Positions 1 to 6,780 of a DNA stretch of 31,777 nucleotides are shown here, piece after piece. The stretch is from positions 1 to 31,777 of IMG/VR virus record IMGVR_UViG_3300030376_004713. One strand, written 5' to 3'. Source of the stretch: a virus. Its lineage: Duplodnaviria > Caudoviricetes. The notes below the pieces were generated by a model, which did not search any database, had not been told where the DNA came from, and saw nothing but the letters and a program-made list of their open reading frames with translations. Position numbers and translations under genes: made by a program. Each line of letters starts with the position of its first letter. Position 1 is the stretch's first letter.

Positions 1-52
1 GCTCGGTCCGGGAAAGTAAGCGAGCGAAGCGAGCAGAACAGTGACCGTTCTT

Positions 53-110
53 TACTCGTTTTTGCTATACATGCTATACATACCCAACTCAGTTTGCACC
101 GAGTCGAGTA
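53..110 (-). ncRNA. Structured repeat element copy 1 (candidate cis-regulatory RNA or ncRNA) downstream of the 127..684 gene
   Basis: Outer stem 53-58 TACTCG / 105-110 CGAGTA encloses TTTTTGCTATACATGCTATAC (59-79) and a hairpin at 87-104 that on the minus strand reads ACUCGGU-GCAA-ACUGAGU (G.U pair, GNRA loop). Same architecture at 756-839. Confidence 0.55.
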
Positions 111-126
111 CTGATTTAAAAATTAA

Positions 127-684
127 CTATGCTTTTATAGCTTTTACATATTTAGCTTTAGACCATCTGTATTTCTCAGGGACATTTATTCCACATCCCT
201 CAAGGTATTGCCAGTTGACTACAAAGCCATCCGTTTTCATATTTGTTTCTTCAGTGAATATCTTTATATATTCTTTTTGATAGTCTAAGGATATTCTAAG
301 CATATCTAATATTGATTTCTTATAACCTATTATATCGTAGTTAGATTTATTAAATCCTATTAGTACACCTTTCTTTTCGTCTTTAGCAAAGTTAGTTCTT
401 GACTTTACATTTTCAAGTATAATTTCAAGATTAGTATACCATTTCCAATCTGGATCCCACGTAGATTCTTTATCTACTGTATTAAATATATCTTCAATAC
501 TTTTACCATCATAGTTTGTGATTTGTAATTCACCTCCGTATGAATCATCCCAACAGTTACATATCTTTTTATTATCAAAGTATATATCCCATTCTTGTGA
601 TGGACCATCGTGCCCTCGCATTGTCTTTATATTTTTTGCAATGCTTCTTTTGTAAAACTCATTTAATGTTATTTTATTTTTCAT
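127..684 (-). CDS. Hypothetical phage protein (185 aa), probable early gene
   Basis: Long ORF, AT-rich codon usage, A/T-rich leader, promoter-like motif at 711-740; no domain recognised. Confidence 0.85.
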   Translation of the reverse strand: MKNKITLNEFYKRSIAKNIKTMRGHDGPSQEWDIYFDNKKICNCWDDSYGGELQITNYDGKSIEDIFNTVDKESTWDPDWKWYTNLEIILENVKSRTNFAKDEKKGVLIGFNKSNYDIIGYKKSILDMLRISLDYQKEYIKIFTEETNMKTDGFVVNWQYLEGCGINVPEKYRWSKAKYVKAIKA

Positions 685-710
685 ATTATTATTTTAGTTA
701 TTAATTTAAA

Positions 711-740
711 TTCACTTATAATATCAATTACTGTTCGTAT
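711..740 (-). promoter_or_regulatory. Putative phage early promoter, copy 1 (AYACG-N9-TGATATTATA-NN-TGAA)
   Basis: Minus strand ATACG-aacagtaat-TGATATTATA-ag-TGAA; identical spacing to the copy at 1195-1224; both lie about 30 nt upstream of a start codon. Confidence 0.6.
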
Positions 741-755
741 TAGGTCCAGATTACT

Positions 756-839
756 TCACTCATTTTTGCTATACATGCTATACGCACCTGCCCTTTTGCT
801 GGCCTAGCTACTTGGGTTATCAGGTGGATAGATGAGTGA
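756..839 (-). ncRNA. Structured repeat element copy 2 downstream of the 893..1162 gene
   Basis: Outer stem 756-763 TCACTCAT / 832-839 ATGAGTGA; core 758-783 is 25/26 identical to 54-79; inner stem CACCTG (785-790) / CAGGTG (821-826). Confidence 0.55.
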
Positions 840-842
840 GCT

Positions 843-878
843 TAGCTGAAGGCCTGCTATTAACAGACCCCCGAACTA
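843..878 (-). other. Minus-strand RNA hairpin (16 bp, 5 G.U pairs) in the 3' region of the 893..1162 gene
   Basis: Minus strand UAGUU-C-GGGGGUCUGUU-AAU-AGCAGGCCUUC-AGCUA pairs fully only with G.U, so on the minus strand; no U-tract follows. Confidence 0.5.
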
Positions 879-892
879 AACTAACAACTATA

Positions 893-1162
893 TTAGATAT
901 ATGATTTCATGTCTCTAACAAACCTTGGTAGGTTGAAGCTTTGAGTATATATCTTATACTTCTTGAAACATGCCATGCTATCGAATCTCTCTTGATTCTC
1001 TTTGTACACTTTATCGTGGTCGTAGTCACATACTTTGCCATCATAATTTGTGTACTTGATGATTAGGCCTTGACCAACTAACTTCTTTCTTATTACAAAT
1101 CTTTTAGATACTATACTTCTCTTAGATTCTTTTTTACTATTTACTTTTTTTACTTTAGTCAT
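893..1162 (-). CDS. Hypothetical basic phage protein (89 aa), probable early gene
   Basis: ORF with A/T-rich leader and upstream promoter-like motif at 1195-1224. Confidence 0.85.
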   Translation of the reverse strand: MTKVKKVNSKKESKRSIVSKRFVIRKKLVGQGLIIKYTNYDGKVCDYDHDKVYKENQERFDSMACFKKYKIYTQSFNLPRFVRDMKSYI

Positions 1163-1194
1163 TATATATTATTTAAGTTATTTTTAATTTAAAG

Positions 1195-1224
1195 TTCATA
1201 TATAATATCATAATAGTACCGTGT
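1195..1224 (-). promoter_or_regulatory. Putative phage early promoter, copy 2
   Basis: Minus strand ACACG-gtactatta-TGATATTATA-ta-TGAA, followed by a leader (TTTAAATT..AATAACT.AAATAATA) shared with copy 1. Confidence 0.6.
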
Positions 1225-1394
1225 CCGCCTAGTCCGGAGTTAAGCACACCTCGAGCACCGCAGGCAAACCGCGCACGCACACAGCCATCCGGGAAAAGCC
1301 AAACCGTTCTGCGCAAATACCAGGAAACAGGGCCCGGTGGGGGTAAAATATTCACTTTCCGTTACGCACCCGTGCTCGCCTAACATTGCGTAAC
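1221..1394. other. GC-rich non-coding island at the divergent strand switch (candidate genome terminus, pac site or origin)
   Basis: 35/60 G+C at 1261-1320 against about 30% elsewhere; GGTGGGGG tract; 8-bp inverted repeat GTTACGCA (1361-1368) / TGCGTAAC (1387-1394); genes diverge on either side. Confidence 0.45.
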
Positions 1395-1440
1395 CCATTA
1401 CCTCTACTCATCTAATAAGATTTTTTTAGTATATTGAGGT

Positions 1441-1647
1441 ATGAAAAGAATTAGGTATGTGAAGTCTAAACAACAATACCTGACAGAGGAAGAGATCTTT
1501 ACCTGGGTGGGAGAAAGACAGCAGGAGCTGTTGGATTTATCGCCGAAGTATAGGATGTACTTTCAGGATTGTCTTGGTCAGTTTGTTGTGATAGATGAAA
1601 AACATTATAAGGTGACATTAGGTACTAAAGAAATATTTAATAAGTAG
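1441..1647 (+). CDS. Hypothetical protein (68 aa)
   Basis: First plus-strand ORF after the island; GAGGT directly before ATG; protein-like composition. Confidence 0.55.
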   Translation: MKRIRYVKSKQQYLTEEEIFTWVGERQQELLDLSPKYRMYFQDCLGQFVVIDEKHYKVTLGTKEIFNK

Positions 1648-1654
1648 CTATTGT

Positions 1655-1668
1655 CGCGTAATATATAA
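1655..1668 (+). promoter_or_regulatory. Candidate plus-strand (late) promoter motif CGCGTAAT + A/T run, copy 1
   Basis: CGCGTAATATATAA, intergenic; CGCG is rare in this AT-rich genome and recurs in the same context at 1979-1991. Confidence 0.4.
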
Positions 1669-1741
1669 AGTATGAGTTATAAACAGTATAAACACCTTAT
1701 GAGCGTAAACTTCATGGGTATAAGAGATAAAGTAAAAACCT

Positions 1742-1975
1742 ATGGGAAAACAAAAATTAAGTCCACTGGCAGCAAAAAGAAAAGCAGTTAGAGATAAAGC
1801 CTATGCGATGTCAACGGATCGTAAGAAGAAAAAAGCGGAAAATCAAAGAAAGAGAAGAGCGGCAAAGAAAAAAGGTATAAATTTGAAAGGCAAAGATTAT
1901 GACCACACAAGAGGTAGATTTGTATCTGTAAAAGTAAACAGAGGAAACGGTGGGCGTGGTACTAAAAAAGCATAA
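1742..1975 (+). CDS. Small Lys/Arg-rich protein (77 aa) with a degenerate HNH-like tail
   Basis: Very basic; KGKDYDH...VSVKVNRG resembles the GKDVDH...NR end of small phage HNH-like proteins (from memory, weak). Confidence 0.75.
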   Translation: MGKQKLSPLAAKRKAVRDKAYAMSTDRKKKKAENQRKRRAAKKKGINLKGKDYDHTRGRFVSVKVNRGNGGRGTKKA

Positions 1976-1978
1976 AAG

Positions 1979-1991
1979 CGCGTAATTATAA
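1979..1991 (+). promoter_or_regulatory. Candidate plus-strand promoter motif, copy 2
   Basis: CGCGTAATTATAA, 33 nt upstream of the 2025 start, which leads into groEL-groES. Confidence 0.4.
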
Positions 1992-2024
1992 CAATATAGG
2001 AATTAAACCTAAATACCAAAAACG

Positions 2025-2309
2025 ATGACGTTTTATTATAAAACCTATTCCTTCTCACAAGGTGGGCAGGGAATACCCGAAGAAACCAGGAAGCTTTGGG
2101 AGCTTATAGCTGACAAAAAGAACTGGAGAATAGTCCAATTACCAAATGGATATTACCAAGCAGAATACAACAAAGACCCTGATTGGATAGATGTAACCAG
2201 ACGCGAAACATTAAAAGCGTGTGAAACCGCAATAGACAAGAGCATTGAACATTATAAGAAGAAGCTTGAGTTTGCCGACGGACCAAAAGTAATAAAGACA
2301 TTCAAATAA
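2025..2309 (+). CDS. Hypothetical phage protein (94 aa)
   Basis: Clean ORF directly upstream of groEL; WRIVQLPNGYYQAEY...WIDVTRRET segment looks like a folded conserved domain. Confidence 0.85.
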   Translation: MTFYYKTYSFSQGGQGIPEETRKLWELIADKKNWRIVQLPNGYYQAEYNKDPDWIDVTRRETLKACETAIDKSIEHYKKKLEFADGPKVIKTFK

Positions 2310-2337
2310 TCACTTCTTATCAATCAAATTAAATTAA

Positions 2338-3903
2338 ATGGAATATAATAACCCAAGTGAGATAGTAAAGGATTTGACCTTTGGTGAACACGCCAGAGAT
2401 AGAATCATGCAAGGTGTAGAAAAACTGTCATCCGCAGTAGCTTCTACGCTAGGTGCTTCAGGAAAATGTGTAATATATGAAGATGCAATGGGTAATCCCA
2501 TCATAACTAAAGATGGTGTTACAGTTGCAGAATCTGTAGTGTTAATCAACCCGGTGGAAAATATAGGGGCTACACTAATAAAAGAAGCAGCTAAAAAAAC
2601 AGTGAGAGAAGCAGGTGACGGTACCACCACCGCAACCGTCCTTGCTCATTCTCTCCTCCAGGAAATGAACGAAGCAGCTGAAGATTACTCAATAAGAGAA
2701 ATTAAAACAGCAGTAGCGAAAGGCCTGGAAAAAGTATTAGAGTACTTAGATGAAAAAAGTATAAAGATAAAGGATGAAATGCTAGAAGATGTCGCTTCTA
2801 TATCATGTAACAACGACGTTGCGCTCGGATCGATTATAGCTGACGCTTATAAATCTGTCGGGGCTAACGGTGTTGTGTTAATGGAAGAATCTGACACAGA
2901 AGAAACATTCAGCGAAATAGTAGATGGGGTTCAATTCGACTGTGGTATAAAATCTCAGCATCTGGTAACAGATAAAGAAAAGAATAAAGCTATACTTGAA
3001 AGCCCCTACGTCCTTATCGTAGCATCTCAAATACCTAGTATTAGAAAAATACAAAGTGTGCTTGAGCATGTTATTAAAGAAAAACGCAGTCTTTTAATTG
3101 TAGCGGGTATGGATCAACAACCTATGGCTGCACTTTTAATGAACAAGGTAAAAGGCAACATCAAAGTAAACATCATTGATACACCCGGGTTTGGGGCGAC
3201 TAAGATGGACACTATGCAAGATTTAGCCACAATAACCGGAGCGCAAGTTATCAATGAAGAATTAGGAGATGATTTAGATTTAATCAATCCTGATGTTTTA
3301 GGTCAAGCTGAAAAAGCAGTAACAGATGCAACATCTACGGTTATTACTATAGATAAAATGCCAGATGAAGCAAAAGAAAGAATAGACCTAGTAAATAAAA
3401 AAATTAAAACGGAGAAGAATCCGTTTATAAAGTCTAAACTCGAACAAAGACTTGCAATGCTTTCAGGAGCTGTAGCAATATTAAAAGTTGGTGCAAACTC
3501 AAAAATAGAATTAAAAGAAAAGAAAGATAGAGTTGAAGACGCTATATATGCTGTTAAAGCAGCAATTAAAGAAGGTATAGTTTCAGGTGGAGGTGTTGCA
3601 TTACATAATGCTTCAGATAAATTAAAAGATAAGCATTCTGCTGAAAAAATCTTATGCAATGCTTTAAAAGCTCCATATAAAAAAATTTTAGAAAACGCAG
3701 GTATATCATATGGCCCTAATATGAATGAGGGCAATGGTATAGATGTTGTAACAGGAAAAGGTGTTAATATGATTAAACACGGAATTATTGACCCTGTACT
3801 TGTAACTAAAAAAGCATTAATAAATGCTGTTAGTGTAGCTACTACAATTATATCAGCTGATTGTATAATTTCAAATATTAGAGATTATGAAAGCAATCAA
3901 TAA
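2338..3903 (+). CDS. groEL: Phage-encoded group I chaperonin GroEL (521 aa)
   Basis: ITKDGVTVA, AGDGTTTATVLA, KKDRVEDA (catalytic Asp), GGGVAL and GIIDP motifs; lacks the C-terminal GGM tail. Confidence 0.98.
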   Translation: MEYNNPSEIVKDLTFGEHARDRIMQGVEKLSSAVASTLGASGKCVIYEDAMGNPIITKDGVTVAESVVLINPVENIGATLIKEAAKKTVREAGDGTTTATVLAHSLLQEMNEAAEDYSIREIKTAVAKGLEKVLEYLDEKSIKIKDEMLEDVASISCNNDVALGSIIADAYKSVGANGVVLMEESDTEETFSEIVDGVQFDCGIKSQHLVTDKEKNKAILESPYVLIVASQIPSIRKIQSVLEHVIKEKRSLLIVAGMDQQPMAALLMNKVKGNIKVNIIDTPGFGATKMDTMQDLATITGAQVINEELGDDLDLINPDVLGQAEKAVTDATSTVITIDKMPDEAKERIDLVNKKIKTEKNPFIKSKLEQRLAMLSGAVAILKVGANSKIELKEKKDRVEDAIYAVKAAIKEGIVSGGGVALHNASDKLKDKHSAEKILCNALKAPYKKILENAGISYGPNMNEGNGIDVVTGKGVNMIKHGIIDPVLVTKKALINAVSVATTIISADCIISNIRDYESNQ

Positions 3904-4144
3904 CTTTATTATAATTGAGCCTATTAAAGAAGAGCCGAAGAAAGAAGAAGGCTTGCTTATAATGGATCAACATGTAGATGACGTTAGGTACTTAAAGGCT
4001 AAAATTATATCAACTGGCAATATGACAGAAGGAATCAAAGTAAATGACATAATTTACTATGATAGAAGGGCTGGGCACGGAATAGAATACGACAACAACT
4101 TATATCAAGTTATAAGACAACAAGACGTTGTGTTAGTCGGTTAA
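3887..4144 (+). CDS. groES: Co-chaperonin GroES (85 aa)
   Basis: MKAINNFIIIEP, mobile-loop-like GLLI, GIKVNDIIYY, YQVIRQQDVV follow the Cpn10 pattern; overlaps groEL by 17 nt. Confidence 0.9.
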   Translation: MKAINNFIIIEPIKEEPKKEEGLLIMDQHVDDVRYLKAKIISTGNMTEGIKVNDIIYYDRRAGHGIEYDNNLYQVIRQQDVVLVG

Positions 4145-4235
4145 TACCAAAAGCCATATACCAAATACTAAAAACTTAAAACGGTTACTGAAAAACTAAC
4201 CAAACACTTTTTGTTTAACTTTTAAATTAAGAATC

Positions 4236-4586
4236 ATGGCTTTAAATAACAATGACCACTTTTTAATTTTTATTGACGCAGCTGATGATGCAGCATGTTT
4301 TTCATTAAACACATTTCTTGGAATGACTGTAGCAGCTGATGCAACGTTAATAATGAACTTTACAAACTCTTTAGGTCCAAACGCAACTGAAGACAAAAGA
4401 AGTTTTGTAACGATTACTACAACAGCGGACAAAGAAAAAGACGTTATGATCGGAATTGCAGATGCAATTAACAATGCAACTAACTATCCGAAAAACACAA
4501 AGAACTATACTGTAATTTGTGACGACGTTAACTCAATCTTTGCTCACGCAAACATCTTAAGCTGTACTATTACATTAGACGCTTAA
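4236..4586 (+). CDS. Hypothetical acidic protein (116 aa), possibly virion-associated
   Basis: Clean ORF followed by a terminator; codon style resembles the capsid gene (GAC/AAC use). Confidence 0.85.
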   Translation: MALNNNDHFLIFIDAADDAACFSLNTFLGMTVAADATLIMNFTNSLGPNATEDKRSFVTITTTADKEKDVMIGIADAINNATNYPKNTKNYTVICDDVNSIFAHANILSCTITLDA

Positions 4587-4594
4587 TAATTACT

Positions 4595-4639
4595 AAGACC
4601 ATAAACGGGCTCACGGGTTGGGCCTGTAGGTCTTTTTTT
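4595..4639 (+). terminator. Intrinsic terminator
   Basis: ACGGGCTCA-cgggt-TGGGCCTGT stem (with G.U), outer AAGACC/GGTCTT, then a T7 tract. Confidence 0.75.
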
Positions 4640-4641
4640 AT

Positions 4642-5082
4642 ATGAAGCTAACACCTAACGATTTACGAGAATTAAATATATTAAAATACTATAGGTTAGT
4701 TAGAAAATGGGCGTGTAAAACATATGATTTAAATGACGCTGATTTAGAATTATTAATATATTTAGATTGCAAAGTACGATTTACACGTAATGATTTTATT
4801 AATGGTGTTTACACAATGTCTTGGGATAAAGATAGGTGGGAACGATTAAGAAGAGACGGGTGGATTGATGTATGGAGACAAAGAGCTGGTTCTCAGCAAA
4901 AATACGCTATATACACTACTTCATTTAAATGTAAACAATTGATTACCAGAATGTATAAAGTATTGCTAGGAGAAGATGATCTACCTACAGGAAGTAAAAG
5001 TATATTCTACAAAAACAAATCATATCGGGACAAAGTATATAATAAGTCCATAGACGATATGATAAAAGATAATAACAGATAA
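4642..5082 (+). CDS. Putative winged-helix (MarR-like) DNA-binding protein (146 aa)
   Basis: LNDADLELLIYL...FTRNDF...LRRDGWI...YTTSFKCKQLI pattern resembles a wHTH; family not confirmed. Confidence 0.6.
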   Translation: MKLTPNDLRELNILKYYRLVRKWACKTYDLNDADLELLIYLDCKVRFTRNDFINGVYTMSWDKDRWERLRRDGWIDVWRQRAGSQQKYAIYTTSFKCKQLITRMYKVLLGEDDLPTGSKSIFYKNKSYRDKVYNKSIDDMIKDNNR

Positions 5083-5093
5083 ATTTTAAAATT

Positions 5094-5195
5094 ATGCCTT
5101 ACGGAAAAGGAACTTACGGTTCAAAGGTTGGAAGACCTAAAGCAAAAAAAGCTAAATCTTCAATGAAGAAAAAAGCTATGAAGAAAAAAAGATAA
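5094..5195 (+). CDS. 33-aa very basic peptide MPYGKGTYGSKVGRPKAKKAKSSMKKKAMKKKR (not in ORF track)
   Basis: Translated by hand; fills the gap between 5082 and 5198 with an A/T-rich leader; AT-hook-like GRPK. Confidence 0.7.
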   Translation: MPYGKGTYGSKVGRPKAKKAKSSMKKKAMKKKR

Positions 5196-5197
5196 TT

Positions 5198-5482
5198 ATG
5201 GCTTCTAAAAACGCACCATCAAGAAAAAAATCACTTGGATATTACAATAAAGCAAACAAAACCGGCACCGGTGCTAAAGCGGGTGGAGGTATGACAAAAA
5301 AAGGTGTTGCTAAATATAGACGTGATAATCCAGGTAGTAAATTAAAGACAGCGGTAACTACGCCTCCGTCAAAATTAAAAAAAGGTAGCAAAGCTGCTAA
5401 AAGAAGAAAAGCATTTTGTGCAAGATCAAAAAGTTGGAAATCTGAAAGGGGTAGAGCTGCAAGGCGTAGATGGAATTGTTAA
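5198..5482 (+). CDS. Small basic protein (94 aa)
   Basis: GGMTKKGVAKYRRDNPGSKLKTAVT...RRKAFCARS...RRRWNC; recalled as a widespread marine phage module. Confidence 0.85.
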   Translation: MASKNAPSRKKSLGYYNKANKTGTGAKAGGGMTKKGVAKYRRDNPGSKLKTAVTTPPSKLKKGSKAAKRRKAFCARSKSWKSERGRAARRRWNC

Positions 5483-5492
5483 TATAAAAATC

Positions 5493-5627
5493 ATGAATAA
5501 AAATAAAAACAAAGATTTAGACGGATCACAAATGTTATCTCCTAAACAAAAAAGAATAGCTGGTATGGCCCCTCCATTTAATAAAATAACTGGCGCAGAC
5601 TTTAAAAAACTTAAAAAAAATAAATAA
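5493..5627 (+). CDS. 44-aa basic peptide (true start probably 5493, not 5418)
   Basis: ATG at 5493 with A-rich leader and no overlap with the upstream gene; LSPKQKRIAGMAPPFNKITGADFKKL. Confidence 0.7.
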   Translation: MNKNKNKDLDGSQMLSPKQKRIAGMAPPFNKITGADFKKLKKNK

Positions 5628-5630
5628 GAA

Positions 5631-5921
5631 ATGGCAGAACTTGACCTAGACGAAATTAAAAAGAAAAAATTCAATATTAGTGTAGAAAACCTAATTACTA
5701 TTGGTGCTGTAGTGGTTACAGTTGTAGGTATGTGGTACTCATTGCAAGCTGATATAGAACTGGCAAAAGAATTACCTGAACCACCAGTTTCAAGAACGGA
5801 ATACGATTTAAAAGATCAATTAATTAGAGAGACTATTATATCTACTGAAGAAAAAGTAGATGCTAATTCAGAAAAGCTTGATAAAATTGATGAAAAATTA
5901 TATGAAATAATTAAAAAATAA
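5631..5921 (+). CDS. Single-TM, C-terminal coiled-coil membrane protein (96 aa); possible lysis-associated protein
   Basis: Hydrophobic LITIGAVVVTVVGMWYSL, then heptad-like EKVDANSEKLDKIDEKLYEII. Confidence 0.75.
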   Translation: MAELDLDEIKKKKFNISVENLITIGAVVVTVVGMWYSLQADIELAKELPEPPVSRTEYDLKDQLIRETIISTEEKVDANSEKLDKIDEKLYEIIKK

Positions 5922-5926
5922 GTAAT

Positions 5927-6244
5927 ATGAAAAATATCATTTTAATTTTATCTTTATTTATATCTTCTTTTGCTTTTAGTCAAGATGTAACTGTTGTTCA
6001 TTTCAACTACCAATGGAATTCTCATAATGGTTTTAAAAAATTAGATAATTTAAAATCAGCAAAAGTCCAATACGCTTATGTTGAAAATCAAGGCAAAAAA
6101 TTAAGAGAGTCTATAAAATCTGTTCCAACAATAATTATATATAAGGGGGACAGACCAGTTGCAAGATTTGAAGCTGGGCTAAGTATGAAAATAGAAATAG
6201 AGTTTGACAAACTGCAAGAGATAGTTAATAAATATAAAAATTAG
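5927..6244 (+). CDS. Exported thioredoxin-fold protein lacking CxxC (105 aa)
   Basis: Sec signal MKNIILILSLFISSFAFS-Q; VVHFNYQW-NSHN where WCxxC would be; IKSVPTIIIYKGD cis-Pro motif; no Cys at all. Confidence 0.75.
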   Translation: MKNIILILSLFISSFAFSQDVTVVHFNYQWNSHNGFKKLDNLKSAKVQYAYVENQGKKLRESIKSVPTIIIYKGDRPVARFEAGLSMKIEIEFDKLQEIVNKYKN

Positions 6245-6248
6245 AGCT

Positions 6249-6383
6249 ATGCCAAAAGATGCATGTTATAAAAAAGTAAAAGCAAAATATAGAGTATTCC
6301 CGTCTGCTTATGCAAGCGGAGCAATAGCAAAATGCCGTAAAGTGGGCGCTGCTAATTGGGGTAATAAATCAAAGAAAAAATGA
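6249..6383 (+). CDS. 44-aa basic peptide MPKDACYKKVKAKYRVFPSAYASGAIAKCRKVGAANWGNKSKKK (not in ORF track)
   Basis: Translated by hand; ATGA overlap with the next ORF. Confidence 0.8.
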   Translation: MPKDACYKKVKAKYRVFPSAYASGAIAKCRKVGAANWGNKSKKK

Positions 6384-6505
6384 AAAACAAGTTTGAACCT
6401 CATATGATGTATTGCAAAAATGGTAAAGAGTATAAAGCAAATACATATAAACAACATTTAGCGTTAAAGAAAAAAGGATGTGGTCACACAAAATCTAAAA
6501 AATAA
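6380..6505 (+). CDS. 41-aa His/Cys-containing basic peptide MKNKFEPHMMYCKNGKEYKANTYKQHLALKKKGCGHTKSKK (not in ORF track)
   Basis: Translated by hand; ATGA coupling upstream and TAATG coupling downstream. Confidence 0.75.
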   Translation: MKNKFEPHMMYCKNGKEYKANTYKQHLALKKKGCGHTKSKK

Positions 6506-6780
6506 TGGCTGTTCGTAAAACAAAATCCGGTGCAAATCTTAAACGTTGGTTTAAAGAAAAGTGGATTGATGTTCGCACTGGTAAACCTTGTGGTAGACGT
6601 AAAGGTGAAAAAAGAGGTACCCCTTATTGTAGACCGAGCAAAAGAGTTTCAAGTAAAACAGTTAAAACTGCTTCAGAAATGAGTTCTTCAGAAAAATCAA
6701 AGAAGATAGCTGAGAAAAAAAGATTAGGCCAACCAGCAGGTAAGCCAAGAAGAGTGTCGAATACAAAACGAAAAAAATGA
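6505..6780 (+). CDS. Small basic protein (91 aa)
   Basis: LKRWFKEKWIDVRTGKPCGR...PYCRPSKRVS; translationally coupled on both sides. Confidence 0.85.
   Translation: MAVRKTKSGANLKRWFKEKWIDVRTGKPCGRRKGEKRGTPYCRPSKRVSSKTVKTASEMSSSEKSKKIAEKKRLGQPAGKPRRVSNTKRKK

Noticed and set aside
41-280. 79-aa plus-strand ORF
   Set aside because: GTG start, antisense to the 127..684 gene and overlapping the structured element.
54-783. Repeat pair as a CRISPR array
   Set aside because: Two copies about 700 nt apart with a whole gene between them; no spacer periodicity and no cas genes.
775-784. ATGCTATACG matches part of loxP
   Set aside because: Only 10 nt; no 13-bp inverted arms and no recombinase in the window.
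1173-1355. 60-aa minus-strand ORF in the GC island
   Set aside because: Atypical composition, runs through the promoter motif, and open frames are expected in GC-rich DNA.
2338-4144. groEL/groES as host chromosomal DNA or a prophage boundary
   Set aside because: Flanked by phage-type genes, reversed order, no GGM tail, and no other host genes or att/integrase.
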